Source: Minisyncoccota bacterium
GTDB lineage: Bacteria > Patescibacteriota > Minisyncoccia > JAHIHE01 > JAGLIN01
Assembly (NCBI GenBank): GCA_041661265.1
Contig: JBAZUT010000003.1
Location: forward strand, 143,191-207,190
Reading direction: 5' to 3'
Length of the DNA: 64,000 nt
Positions 48,974 through 58,896 of the stretch are shown in pieces; the stretch's first letter is position 1, and every line of letters begins with the position of its first letter. The position numbers were made by a program, and so were the translations under genes. Below the pieces are notes generated by a model. That model was given only the letters and a program-made list of their open reading frames with translations, was not told the DNA's origin and made no database searches.

Positions 48974-49876
48974 ATGCAAAAAAAAGTTTACATTGTTGTC
49001 TTGAACTGGAATGGCCTTAGCGATGCAAGAGAATGTATCTTATCCCTTCAAAAGAATAACTATGCAAATTACGAAATAGTCGTTGTTGATAATGGTTCGA
49101 CTGATAATTCAGCGGCTATTTTAAAAAGGGCATTTCCATATATAACGATCATAGAGAATGGAATAAATTACGGTTTTGCGGGAGGAAACAATATAGGGAT
49201 CGAATATTCGCTAAGACAGGGGGCTGACTATATCCTGCTTCTGAACAATGACACCGCGGTCGAAAGCGCTTTCTTGTCGAAATTAGTGGAAGCGGGGGAT
49301 TCAGACGAAGCGATCGGCCTGGTGGAATCGAAGATATGCTATTACGACGAACCGAAAAAGATCTGGTTTGCCGGAGGAAAGATCGACTGGCTCAAAACAA
49401 AAGGGACTCATATGGGGATCAATGAATTGGACAACGGCCAATATGACAATATCCGCGAGGTTGATTATCTCACCGGGTGCTGTCTTCTCATAAAAAGATC
49501 CGTTTTTGAAAAGATCGGTAAACTCTCGGAAGACTATTTTTTATACTATGAGGACACGGATTTCTGCCTCCGGGCAAGGAACGCCGGATTCAAATGCATT
49601 TATGTTCCGAGTTCAAAGATCTACCATAAAGTTTCAAGATCGACCAAGCCCGGCTCGCCAAGCTATATCTATTACCACACCCGGAACGGATTATATCTTG
49701 CAAAAAAAAACGGCGGCACATTGAACAAGATATTATTGTATCCATTCTGCATATATCTTTTCGTAAAGCAAATATTAAAAATAGCCATTTTCCCCGCGAA
49801 AAGAAACTGGGCATTGGCGGTTCTGAGGGGCGAGAGAGATTTCCTTCTCGGAAAAACAGGTAAATCAGCTCTGTAG
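48974..49876 (+). CDS. GT2 family glycosyltransferase
   Basis: VVLNWNG, VVDNGSTD, LLNNDT, FLYYEDTDF and IYHK motifs. Confidence 0.92.
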   Translation: MQKKVYIVVLNWNGLSDARECILSLQKNNYANYEIVVVDNGSTDNSAAILKRAFPYITIIENGINYGFAGGNNIGIEYSLRQGADYILLLNNDTAVESAFLSKLVEAGDSDEAIGLVESKICYYDEPKKIWFAGGKIDWLKTKGTHMGINELDNGQYDNIREVDYLTGCCLLIKRSVFEKIGKLSEDYFLYYEDTDFCLRARNAGFKCIYVPSSKIYHKVSRSTKPGSPSYIYYHTRNGLYLAKKNGGTLNKILLYPFCIYLFVKQILKIAIFPAKRNWALAVLRGERDFLLGKTGKSAL

Positions 49877-49935
49877 TCTGAATGCAAAAAAAGACGGCTA
49901 AGAGTCCGGCTTTTTTAATTCTGTCTTATTTCCCG

Positions 49936-50730
49936 CTAAGAGACCAGAAACCTTCCGACAAGATAACCGACGCCAAAAGGCCCTTCGTAACTCAGCTTTT
50001 GAAATTTACTTTCGGAATTGGCAAGCGCGCCCAGAGCTATGATGATCGATCTCAGTCCGCATTCTCCCGCCTCTTCGATCAGGTTCGAATCGATTCTCAA
50101 AATTTCATCCGCTTTGCCGGCTTCCAAAAGTTCAACGATAATGCTGTCGAATTTTTTCCCTGCCGGAGAATATCCCGCCGGCGCATCAGGCGTCAGGCGA
50201 TGCGAAAGATCTCCGCTTGCAACCAAACCCACTTTGCGGTCCGTATTCTGAATAGCTTCATATATCGCTTTTCCGAATTCAAGATGCTTCCCGTAATCAA
50301 GCTCGGAAAATGCGACCGGAACGATCTTCATATCAGAAACATGCTTTGTGAGAAAATAAAGCGGGACCATGCTTCCATGGTCCAAGACGATCTCCCTTGC
50401 CAGTATCTCGGCCGGCACTCCTTTTGCATCAGATATATTTTTAATGCTCATAGCAAGATCGGTATCATTCGCAAATTTCATCGAAATATCATCTGCTCCA
50501 AAATCCAAAAAATCTCCTTCCAGTGTTTCTTGCCCGATTATCGTCATAAAATCCGTCTGATATGGGCCGTGCGGAGATATGACAACGATCGTTTCAAGCC
50601 CGAGATCGCGGACTTCTCTGGCCAGTGTTTTCATGGCCTGCACGGTGGCACTCACCAGCGAAAGATTCTCCCTTCCGATCGATGGGATGATGATGGGCGG
50701 ATGGGGACATATTGCGGCAAATTTCAACAT
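49936..50730 (-). CDS. AmmeMemoRadiSam system protein B / Memo-LigB-like
   Basis: CPHPP, ISPH, LDHG, ASGDLSH, AGECG and SYEGPFGVGY motifs. Confidence 0.82.
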   Translation of the reverse strand: MLKFAAICPHPPIIIPSIGRENLSLVSATVQAMKTLAREVRDLGLETIVVISPHGPYQTDFMTIIGQETLEGDFLDFGADDISMKFANDTDLAMSIKNISDAKGVPAEILAREIVLDHGSMVPLYFLTKHVSDMKIVPVAFSELDYGKHLEFGKAIYEAIQNTDRKVGLVASGDLSHRLTPDAPAGYSPAGKKFDSIIVELLEAGKADEILRIDSNLIEEAGECGLRSIIIALGALANSESKFQKLSYEGPFGVGYLVGRFLVS

Positions 50731-50751
50731 AAGCTTTTATTAATGATAAAT

Positions 50752-51771
50752 CTACAGAATAAAGTTTAATTTTTCTTGGCAATTCGGGCACTTTCCGTCT
50801 TTATCGAATCTTTCGATATAATATCCCACCCTCTTGACGCAAAGTTCTGAACATTTGGGACAATAGGTGTTCTCGGTCGTGCCCCCGGGAACGTTTCCCA
50901 AATAGACATATTTCAAACCTGCGTCTTTTCCGATCTTGTATGCTTTTTGAACGGTCTTCAGCGGAGTGTCGGGAAGGTTCTGCAGTTTCCACGATATTTC
51001 CCCTGAGAACGCGCTTAGGTGCCATGGCGTATCGCTTCCAAGCTCATTGAAGATGAATTCGGCTATATTTCCAAGCATTGCACTGTCGTCGGACAGAGTG
51101 GGGATGACCAAAGTGGTGATCTCGACCCACACCCCGAGTTTCTTCATCTTCCTGCAATTATCAAGAATAGGACCAACGCCGGCTCCGCAGCTTTTCTTAT
51201 AGAATTCATCATCGAATGATTTTATATCGACATTTGCGGCATCAAGAAATGGCACGATCAAGTTCAGGGTTTCATCGCTCATATATCCGTTCGTCACCCA
51301 AGTGTTCTTTATACCTTTCTTTTTCGCGATCTTCATCGTATCAAGCGCATATTCAAGAAAGATCGTCGGTTCCGTATATGTATAGGAAATGCTCGGGCAT
51401 TTTGATTTGATCGCCTCCGCAACAATTTCCTCCGGAAGAATATCCTGTCCGACATCAAGCATGCTCTTGTCTTTTTTCACAAGCTGCGATATCTGCCAAT
51501 TCTGGCAATTATCGCAGCGGAGATTGCAGCCAACCGTGGCGACTGACAGCGAGTGAGAACCTGAAAGAAAATGAAAATACGGTTTTTTCTCGATAGGATC
51601 AACGCTTAGCGAGATCACTTTTCCGTAATTAAGCGCAAAAAGCACGCCCTCGATATTCTTTCTCACTCCGCAGATCCCGAACGCGGCAGGCATGACGAGG
51701 CACCTATGCGCGCAGGTGTTGCATCGAACCTTTTTATTTTCAAGTTTTTCGTATAGATATGATTCTTTCAT
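50752..51771 (-). CDS. amrS: AmmeMemoRadiSam system radical SAM enzyme
   Basis: CNTCAHRC, DPIEKKP, CNLRCDNCQNWQISQ, YTYTEP and YVYLGNV motifs; ATG 51771. Confidence 0.9.
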   Translation of the reverse strand: MKESYLYEKLENKKVRCNTCAHRCLVMPAAFGICGVRKNIEGVLFALNYGKVISLSVDPIEKKPYFHFLSGSHSLSVATVGCNLRCDNCQNWQISQLVKKDKSMLDVGQDILPEEIVAEAIKSKCPSISYTYTEPTIFLEYALDTMKIAKKKGIKNTWVTNGYMSDETLNLIVPFLDAANVDIKSFDDEFYKKSCGAGVGPILDNCRKMKKLGVWVEITTLVIPTLSDDSAMLGNIAEFIFNELGSDTPWHLSAFSGEISWKLQNLPDTPLKTVQKAYKIGKDAGLKYVYLGNVPGGTTENTYCPKCSELCVKRVGYYIERFDKDGKCPNCQEKLNFIL

Positions 51772-51905
51772 AAACACGGATATTTTATTCAACAAATACA
51801 CACTCGATCAAGATCGTCCATATATTCACATATTAACACCTTTCTTTTTTTAATAGCAAATGATTAATGCACAAAAAAATAAGCCCTTTGAGCTTATAGT
51901 CAATG

Positions 51906-52154
51906 CTATTTATTTTTTAACCGTTCCTCCTTCTCCTGGAGCGCTTTTTCGACATCTTTAATCAGCTTTGTAAATTTTTCTTCTTTGGCGTTATTTTCGT
52001 TGATTATCGATATCACGAACCTTGCGATCGCATAATGATCCACCGTTATTCCTGTCTTTCTTGTAAGTTCCTTGTGCAAGATATCATCGATCTTGTCCGC
52101 GATCTCAAGCACATCGATCTCTACTTCATTTTCTCCTATCAGTGCTTTAAACAT
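51906..52154 (-). CDS. Orphan small protein
   Basis: GGAGG SD; TTGACT(52199)-16-TATAAT; hairpin ATAAGC...GCTTAT downstream. Confidence 0.68.
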   Translation of the reverse strand: MFKALIGENEVEIDVLEIADKIDDILHKELTRKTGITVDHYAIARFVISIINENNAKEEKFTKLIKDVEKALQEKEERLKNK

Positions 52155-52234
52155 ATTTCCTCCATACCTCGATTATATGTATTAATGGCAAAAAGTCAAT
52201 TGTCATGATGCATTTTGTCTGATATAATACCAGC

Positions 52235-52783
52235 ATGGAAAAAAGGATTTTTATCGCGATAAACCTGCCCGAAGAGATAATAAGCGGGCTAAAGGCCAAT
52301 GAAAAACGTTGGAAAGGTTTGCATATCAAGTGGACAAACGCCGCAAATATGCACATCACCCTTCAATTCCTGGGAAATGTGAACCGCAAGGATTTTGATG
52401 CCATAATGCTTGCGGTGGGAAAAGCGGTTCCGCAGATAGGACAATTCCATATTACGCTTGACAGGATCGTTCTGGGTCCCAATTCCGGCGAACCAACCAT
52501 GTTCTGGGCAACGCTTCTCATCGACAGCAATTTGCTGAAACTGAAAAGAACGCTGGACGAGAGCCTGAAATCCTACGGATATATGCCGGAAGATCGCAAA
52601 TTCAAACCTCACATTACCCTTGCAAGAGCAAGAGGCAATCAGCTCAAAGGCAGGAAAACCAACATCCAACTGAAGGGAATGAGGTTCAAAGTTGAAAGCA
52701 TTGAGATCATGCAAAGCCAGCTTCATCCGGGAGGTTCAAAATATAAGATCGCACGGAGCTTTAAGTTGGCGAATAATCCATAG
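52235..52783 (+). CDS. thpR: RNA 2',3'-cyclic phosphodiesterase (2H family)
   Basis: RIFIAI, HITL and PHITLAR motifs. Confidence 0.92.
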   Translation: MEKRIFIAINLPEEIISGLKANEKRWKGLHIKWTNAANMHITLQFLGNVNRKDFDAIMLAVGKAVPQIGQFHITLDRIVLGPNSGEPTMFWATLLIDSNLLKLKRTLDESLKSYGYMPEDRKFKPHITLARARGNQLKGRKTNIQLKGMRFKVESIEIMQSQLHPGGSKYKIARSFKLANNP

Positions 52784-52785
52784 AT

Positions 52786-53574
52786 ATGAACGCGCTATGC
52801 ATGAGAAATATATTGGGCGTTAAAATAAGCAGCATTACTTCCAAAGAAGTTCTTGATGATATCAAGATTTTTTTATTATCCGAAAACCAGCACCATATCA
52901 TCACTCTGAACCCGGAAATGATAGTGGAAGCGCAAAGCAATGACAGTTTCAAAAGTATTATCAATGAAGCAGACCTCTGTGTTGCAGATGGAACCGGCAT
53001 TTTATTGGCAGACAGATTGCTTAACGGAACCACTCTGCCGGAAAGAATAAGAGGCGTGGATCTCATGCTGGCAATTTGCACGCCGGATGTCATCAACAAT
53101 AAAAGAATATATCTTCTTGGAGCGGGGCAGGGGATAGCGAAAAGAACTGCGGAAGTTCTGAAAAAAAAATATCCGCATTTGAATATTGTCGGGGCGGAAG
53201 AAGGAATAGACATTAGAAGTCCAAAGTCCAAAGTCCAAAGTCCAAAAAAATACACGGAACAAAATGCAGAGCTGGTCGAACGGATCGTCAGAGCAAAGCC
53301 AGATATATTATTCGTCGCTTTCGGAGCTCCAAAACAGGAAATATGGATCCATGAGAACATAAAAAAGATCCCAAGCATCAGGCTTGCGATCGGCATCGGA
53401 GGTTCATTTGATTTCATTTCAGGAAGGATATATCGCGCTCCCCGCATTATGCAAAAATTAGGCATGGAATGGCTGTGGAGGCTGGTCCAAGAGCCGAAGA
53501 GATGCAAAAGGATCTATAACGCAACGATAAAATTCGGCTGGATGGTCCTGGAAAAAAAAATAAAAAGCACATAA
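52786..53574 (+). CDS. WecB/TagA/CpsF glycosyltransferase
   Basis: TLNPE, ADGTG, GVDL, FGAPKQE, GIGGSFD, RAP, EWLWRL and EPKR motifs. Confidence 0.93.
   Translation: MNALCMRNILGVKISSITSKEVLDDIKIFLLSENQHHIITLNPEMIVEAQSNDSFKSIINEADLCVADGTGILLADRLLNGTTLPERIRGVDLMLAICTPDVINNKRIYLLGAGQGIAKRTAEVLKKKYPHLNIVGAEEGIDIRSPKSKVQSPKKYTEQNAELVERIVRAKPDILFVAFGAPKQEIWIHENIKKIPSIRLAIGIGGSFDFISGRIYRAPRIMQKLGMEWLWRLVQEPKRCKRIYNATIKFGWMVLEKKIKST
53217..53244 (+). repeat. Four perfect heptamers (AAGTCCA) inside the WecB/TagA gene
   Basis: Read directly; encodes RSPKSKVQSPK. Confidence 0.9.
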
Positions 53575-53609
53575 GTCCGCATGCGCTATGTTTTCTTTCA
53601 TGATACGAT

Positions 53610-54422
53610 CTAGCGCAGCTTTTCATCGATATCTTTTCCGCAATGCGGGCAAATCTTATGCGTTTCGGAATTTTTTTGAACTTGTTCGATAAAACCGGAC
53701 GCGAATATGCCCGCCGGCAACGCGAACATCCCTATCCCGAAAAGAGCCACTATGGCGCCGAAAAATTTGCCGAGCGGAGTAATGGGATAAACATCGCCAT
53801 AACCTATTGTGGCAAGCGTGACGATGCCCCACCACATTGCAGCCGGAATACTTGAGAATTTTTCAGGTTGCGCCTCATGCTCTATGAAGTACATCAGGCT
53901 TGAAGAGATTACTAACGCTATAAAAATCAAAAAGGCCGAAAGAAACAATTCTTCCTTTTTTTCCCTGATTATTTCCTTAAACATTTTGAAAACGGCTGAA
54001 TATCGGCCCAATTTGGCGATCCTGAAAAGTCTTAACAGGCGCAAAACTTTGATTGTTCGAAGGTCCAGAGTTAGAAAAATAGGCAGATAGAACGGCAATA
54101 CCGACAAAAGGTCCGCGACGGCCATCGGCGTCATCGCATATCTCAGCCTGTTTTTAACGTGCTCATTGAAATCCGCTCTGAGATCGCATGTCCAAAGACG
54201 CAGAACATATTCCAGTGTGAAAATAATGATGGAGAATATTTCAAATATATTAAACAATTCCGCGTATTGAAAATGAAAAGGTTCCACCGTTTCAAGGGCT
54301 ACTGCGATTATATTCAAAAAGATCAGCACGGTCATAAAAAATGTGACGGCGCGGCCGTTCGGTCCCGATGCTTCCGTTCCCTCCAATATTTCAAATATTA
54401 TTTTCTGCGTTTCTTTATACAT
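53610..54422 (-). CDS. Voltage-gated potassium channel (ion transporter)
   Basis: S4 LRLLRLFRIAK, filter TIGYGD and C-terminal CPHCG. Confidence 0.93.
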   Translation of the reverse strand: MYKETQKIIFEILEGTEASGPNGRAVTFFMTVLIFLNIIAVALETVEPFHFQYAELFNIFEIFSIIIFTLEYVLRLWTCDLRADFNEHVKNRLRYAMTPMAVADLLSVLPFYLPIFLTLDLRTIKVLRLLRLFRIAKLGRYSAVFKMFKEIIREKKEELFLSAFLIFIALVISSSLMYFIEHEAQPEKFSSIPAAMWWGIVTLATIGYGDVYPITPLGKFFGAIVALFGIGMFALPAGIFASGFIEQVQKNSETHKICPHCGKDIDEKLR

Positions 54423-54511
54423 AGTTTTAATTAATTCTTTATATATAACAATAGTTTGGCCGCATGCCGATTTATTTTAAATGCCTGGACAGAACGATCA
54501 TCACCGCCGCC

Positions 54512-54844
54512 TCATTTCTTCGCCTGGATAAACTCTATCGGGGCGCCGTCTTCTTCTATAAATGCGACGATGTTTCCCTCTGAGGGACTGTTCGGCTGAA
54601 TGATCACTTTCTTTCCCTTGATCGCCTCATGGATATCATCAACTTCAAAGGCGATATGCGGAACCATCTTTACGATCTCGGGCAATGGACAGTCCTTTTC
54701 ATATCTCATCCACTCGATCCCATATTCGCTTTTTTCAAAGCCGCAGTGATATAGCTTATAATCCTTCATGTAAACCTCGCCGCTTATCGGCTTATCCGTC
54801 GGTATACCGATGTGGTGATATTTAAGTTTTATTTTTTTGTTCAT
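54512..54844 (-). CDS. VOC/glyoxalase-like protein
   Basis: YHHIGIP, PHIAFEVDD and APIEF motifs. Confidence 0.8.
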   Translation of the reverse strand: MNKKIKLKYHHIGIPTDKPISGEVYMKDYKLYHCGFEKSEYGIEWMRYEKDCPLPEIVKMVPHIAFEVDDIHEAIKGKKVIIQPNSPSEGNIVAFIEEDGAPIEFIQAKK

Positions 54845-54890
54845 ATCGTTTTTTTATTATATAAATACGGTCTCGCCCGATGCGCGGAAA

Positions 54891-55469
54891 TTATTTTTCA
54901 ACCCTGAACATTTTGCCATGTCCCGGAATTACATAGTCGGCCAGTTCCAGAATTTTCTTCCGGGAAACGACAAGTTTTTGGATATTCATGTGTTCCGGGT
55001 CGCTATCCGGCCTATTGATATCAATTTCCTGTTTTTCTCCATCCATCCACCAGAAGACATCTCCCGCAACGGCATAAACCCCTTTTTCCGTTCTTACGAT
55101 CAGGGAACAATGCTCTTCCATATGGCCCGGCGTGCGGACCACCTCAAGATCGGTTCCCGGAACAATTCCATTGTGCTTTATGATCGCGTCCTTTTGATAA
55201 ACATAAAGCTCATCGACGATCTTTGCCCCGGAAAATATCCCCGCAAGAAGCGAATGGTCGACGTGTCCATGGGTCAAAAACACAAAGTCTATGTCCGTAA
55301 TTTCCAATTTCTCCCGCTTTAATGCGTTCAACAGTTTTTCCCTGTCAAAGCCGGGATCCGCGACGATGTTTTTTCCGTTTGATCTTATGAGAACGACCGA
55401 AGAATTCGCATTCCATCCGTCAGCCGTCTGTTTTGCATAACCTTCGATCAATATCTTTATTTCAGACAT
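54891..55469 (-). CDS. MBL-fold metallo-hydrolase
   Basis: THGHVDH, TPGH, AGD and IPGHG motifs. Confidence 0.9.
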   Translation of the reverse strand: MSEIKILIEGYAKQTADGWNANSSVVLIRSNGKNIVADPGFDREKLLNALKREKLEITDIDFVFLTHGHVDHSLLAGIFSGAKIVDELYVYQKDAIIKHNGIVPGTDLEVVRTPGHMEEHCSLIVRTEKGVYAVAGDVFWWMDGEKQEIDINRPDSDPEHMNIQKLVVSRKKILELADYVIPGHGKMFRVEK

Positions 55470-55511
55470 GGTATTGAATTATTGTGATATGTTGATTAAG
55501 CATTTTCCAAC

Positions 55512-56405
55512 TTAAGTGAACAGTTTTTTTGTGACTATGAAAGAACCTATCTGTTTTTTGACGATCACCGATTCTATCTGAAAGGGGACGACGCAACCGC
55601 ACCTCGCGCAGTCCGCTTTGCCGCCGATCACACAGGGAAGTTTTCTGTTTCCCATGGGATCCAGGCAAATGACCGCTTTCGGCAAAATGCAATTTGAGGT
55701 GATCCCTGTTGAATTCTTTGACTTCATAAGTTCGAGGATAGGCTTGCTGTTCAATATAAAATTTCCATATTTCTTTTTCAGAACCAGGAGCCTGCCGATG
55801 ATCGCATCCCTCTCGCCCCAGTCCAGCCAAAGATCTTCTTCTATGCCCTTGATCGGCGTATAGAAATCGAAATTTATCCCCTGAATTTTCGCATGCTTCC
55901 ATTCTTCCAGCAGCGACTCGATGCAATTTTGGTTTTTCTTATTCAATACGCATGCGATATTCACATGGATGTCATCCCGGTCTGCGTTCCGTTTGAGCTT
56001 GTCATACGTGTTAACGCCTCTGATCTGCTCATAATATTCTTTCGTGCCGTCAACGGATATATTGAATACGCAGTTATTCCATTTCGGGAGTTCGATCGAA
56101 CCGTTCGTAACCACCATATTGAATGGAAATATTTTGATCCCTTGTTCGACGATCTCCTGCCTCAGCAGCGGTTCTCCGCCCACCCACGACGCATGAATGA
56201 TCGACGGGTTTTTCTTTTTGACTTGCAGAACCCTGCCCAAAAGCTCTTCTCCGGCCAGTTCTTTATCATGGTCCTGCTGAAAAAAATAGCAATGCTTGCA
56301 TCTCAAATTGCATTTATTGGTCACGTCGATCGATATCGCCACAGGAAATTGCGCGCCGGATATCACGTTCTTAATAAAATAGTATCCAAGTTTAGCGTAG
56401 CTCAT
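55512..56405 (-). CDS. Radical SAM protein with C-terminal Cys-rich (SPASM/twitch-like) region
   Basis: CNLRCKHC, GGEP, TNG, SVDG and C...CVIG..ADCARC motifs. Confidence 0.88.
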   Translation of the reverse strand: MSYAKLGYYFIKNVISGAQFPVAISIDVTNKCNLRCKHCYFFQQDHDKELAGEELLGRVLQVKKKNPSIIHASWVGGEPLLRQEIVEQGIKIFPFNMVVTNGSIELPKWNNCVFNISVDGTKEYYEQIRGVNTYDKLKRNADRDDIHVNIACVLNKKNQNCIESLLEEWKHAKIQGINFDFYTPIKGIEEDLWLDWGERDAIIGRLLVLKKKYGNFILNSKPILELMKSKNSTGITSNCILPKAVICLDPMGNRKLPCVIGGKADCARCGCVVPFQIESVIVKKQIGSFIVTKKLFT

Positions 56406-56683
56406 AAATATTGTGCGGAGTAAAAAGACGGCATTATTTAAAACTTGTCTGATCTAATTTATATCATATCACGGATTTTCTTAAAATCGCAAATTATGCC
56501 GATATTTGATATGATATCGACATAAAGCGCTTTAATTTGGCAGGGAAGGGGAGTTGAGAATATCGCTATCGCCATAAGTTATAGAACACAACAAACACTT
56601 TGCTTCTTTTGCCATCCGGATGTTTTTTGACAAGCCTCGACCTCTTTCTGTATCATGTATATATTGCATTAATAATAAAAAAT

Positions 56684-58237
56684 ATGAATAAAAAAATAAG
56701 GACCAGATTCGCACCAAGCCCGACGGGATATCTGCATATCGGAAGCCTCAGAACCGCTTTTTATAACTATCTTTTCGCAAAACATAATGATGGAGTTTTT
56801 ATCCTCCGGATCGAGGATACGGACAGATCCAGATATGTCGAAGGATCGATAGAAAATCTCATCAAAATACTCAATAATATGGGGCTGAGCTATGAAGAGG
56901 GGGTAACGCTGGACAAGGACGGAAAACTCGCTCATAAGGGCAATTTTGGACCGTATATGCAGTCCCAAAGGCTGGATATTTATAGAAAATACGTAGATGA
57001 ACTGGTAAAAAATGACCACGCATATTATTGCTTCTGCAGTCAAGAGCGTCTCGAACAAATGAGAAAGGATCAGCAAGCAAATAAAATGGCTCCCATGTAT
57101 GACGGGAAATGCAAAAAATTGAGCAAAGACGAGATCAATGCGCTCATCGCAAAAAAAACGCCATATGTCATAAGGATGAAAGTTCCAAGGGAAGGCGTTA
57201 CCGAATTTGAGGATATTATATACGGAAAAATATCGGTTCAGAACAATACTATAGACGATCAGGTGCTCTTGAAATCGGACGGATTTCCGACTTACCACAT
57301 GGCGAACATCGTTGATGATCATCTTATGGAAATCACGCATGTTTTGAGGGCTGAGGAATGGCTTCCGTCAACTCCTAAGCACATTCTGTTATATAAAGCT
57401 ATGGGATGGACACCTCCGATTTTCATACACCTTCCGCTTCTGCTAAATCCAACTGGAGGCAAATTGAGCAAACGCCAGGGAGATGTCTCAGTTGAAAACT
57501 ATCTTGAAAAAGGTTATCTCAAAGAGGCTCTTTTGAACTTCGTTCTTCTTCTGGGATGGAACCCGAAAACAGATGAGGAAGTTTTTTCTCCAGATGAGAT
57601 CATAAAAAGATTCGACGTTTCCGGAATAAACCACACTGGAGCCGTTTTTGATGTGAAAAAACTGGATTGGCTGAATGGGGTCTATATACGCAAGACAGAG
57701 CTGGGTGAATTAACCAAGCTTTGCATTCCATATTTGGTCAAGGCGAATTACATCGACGAAATTAAAAATGAAAAGATAAAAGATCAAAATGATAATTCAA
57801 AATTCAAAATTATAGATACAAACGAGGTAATTGATCTTGATCATTTGAAAAAGATCGTTGCGCTTGAACAGGAAAGGATGAAAATGCTTTCCGAAATAGG
57901 GGAGCTTGTGAAATTTATGTTCCGGGACAAGCTTGAGTATGAAAAAGGACTTCTCGCATGGAAAAAAATGACTCTTGAAAATGCAAAAATCAATCTCGGG
58001 ATCGCCCTTGAGGAATTGGCGAAACTGGACGAATCAGAATTCAGCAGGGAAAATATCGAAAAAAAACTGAGAAGCGCCATGGAAGAGAAAAATATCAAAG
58101 CAGGGGAGATCCTCTGGCCCCTTCGCGCCTCGCTTACGGGACTCCAGGCTTCCCCCGGTCCTTTTGAAGTTGCAGAGGCTCTTGGGAGGAGTAAAACACT
58201 GAAGAGAATAAGCGAAGCCATGGAGAAAATTGGCTAA
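56684..58237 (+). CDS. gltX: Glutamate--tRNA ligase
   Basis: RFAPSPTG, HIGS, RIEDTD, DDHLM and KLSKR motifs; ATG 56684. Confidence 0.96.
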   Translation: MNKKIRTRFAPSPTGYLHIGSLRTAFYNYLFAKHNDGVFILRIEDTDRSRYVEGSIENLIKILNNMGLSYEEGVTLDKDGKLAHKGNFGPYMQSQRLDIYRKYVDELVKNDHAYYCFCSQERLEQMRKDQQANKMAPMYDGKCKKLSKDEINALIAKKTPYVIRMKVPREGVTEFEDIIYGKISVQNNTIDDQVLLKSDGFPTYHMANIVDDHLMEITHVLRAEEWLPSTPKHILLYKAMGWTPPIFIHLPLLLNPTGGKLSKRQGDVSVENYLEKGYLKEALLNFVLLLGWNPKTDEEVFSPDEIIKRFDVSGINHTGAVFDVKKLDWLNGVYIRKTELGELTKLCIPYLVKANYIDEIKNEKIKDQNDNSKFKIIDTNEVIDLDHLKKIVALEQERMKMLSEIGELVKFMFRDKLEYEKGLLAWKKMTLENAKINLGIALEELAKLDESEFSRENIEKKLRSAMEEKNIKAGEILWPLRASLTGLQASPGPFEVAEALGRSKTLKRISEAMEKIG

Positions 58238-58331
58238 TCGATCTTCATAATCATTCCAGGGAGCGATCTTCGAATGAGCTGCAATATCAATAAAAAAACT
58301 TCAGAATTATTTCTGAAGCATGTAGCATTAT

Positions 58332-58814
58332 TTAATCTCCCGTTTTTCTTTTGATCACATTTATGAGCGCCGGATATTTGCCTGTCGTTTCATTGACATA
58401 TTTCTTAGCATCTCGGACGCTGCCAAATTCTTTTATTATAGCGCCTCCTTCGGGATGAAATCCCAGATAAACGATTACGAGATGCCGATATACCTCGTCT
58501 TCCTGGTCCAAGTTTGTGAAAGACAGGATATCTCCATATTGCATGACAACTTCATTATTAAGCTGAAGCTCGAATTGTACAGACAAATAAAATTCGACGT
58601 TAACGTTTATAGAATTATTTGCAGAATTGTTTATGCGGGAATAATATACGTGATATTCCCTGGCATCTGCCCTATAAAATTCTACTTTCTTTTTTTCAAC
58701 TTGCTTCTGCGCGACATCTGCGCAAGATTGTTCGTTCTGAACTGCGGAAATCCCGATCAATACGCCAGCCGCGAGAGCCAGTACGATCAGCAATAACACA
58801 ATTAGATTTCTCAT
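58332..58814 (-). CDS. Orphan membrane-anchored exported protein
   Basis: GAGGAG SD before ATG 58814; N-terminal TM; terminator CTTCAGAA-ttat-TTCTGAAG at 58299-58318. Confidence 0.68.
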   Translation of the reverse strand: MRNLIVLLLIVLALAAGVLIGISAVQNEQSCADVAQKQVEKKKVEFYRADAREYHVYYSRINNSANNSINVNVEFYLSVQFELQLNNEVVMQYGDILSFTNLDQEDEVYRHLVIVYLGFHPEGGAIIKEFGSVRDAKKYVNETTGKYPALINVIKRKTGD

Positions 58815-58896
58815 AACCACATCTCCTCGCCGTCTTAATTTCATTTTGATGGCATCAAGAACGACAATATACTCTACCCTATATCTTTATTATGGT

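Noticed and set aside
49882-50769. 295-aa plus-strand ORF
   Set aside because: It is antisense to the motif-bearing Memo-like gene and has no motifs of its own.
56461-56517. 11-bp inverted repeat ATATCATATCA / TGATATGATAT
   Set aside because: More simply explained as two divergent extended -10 boxes than as an operator or mobile element.
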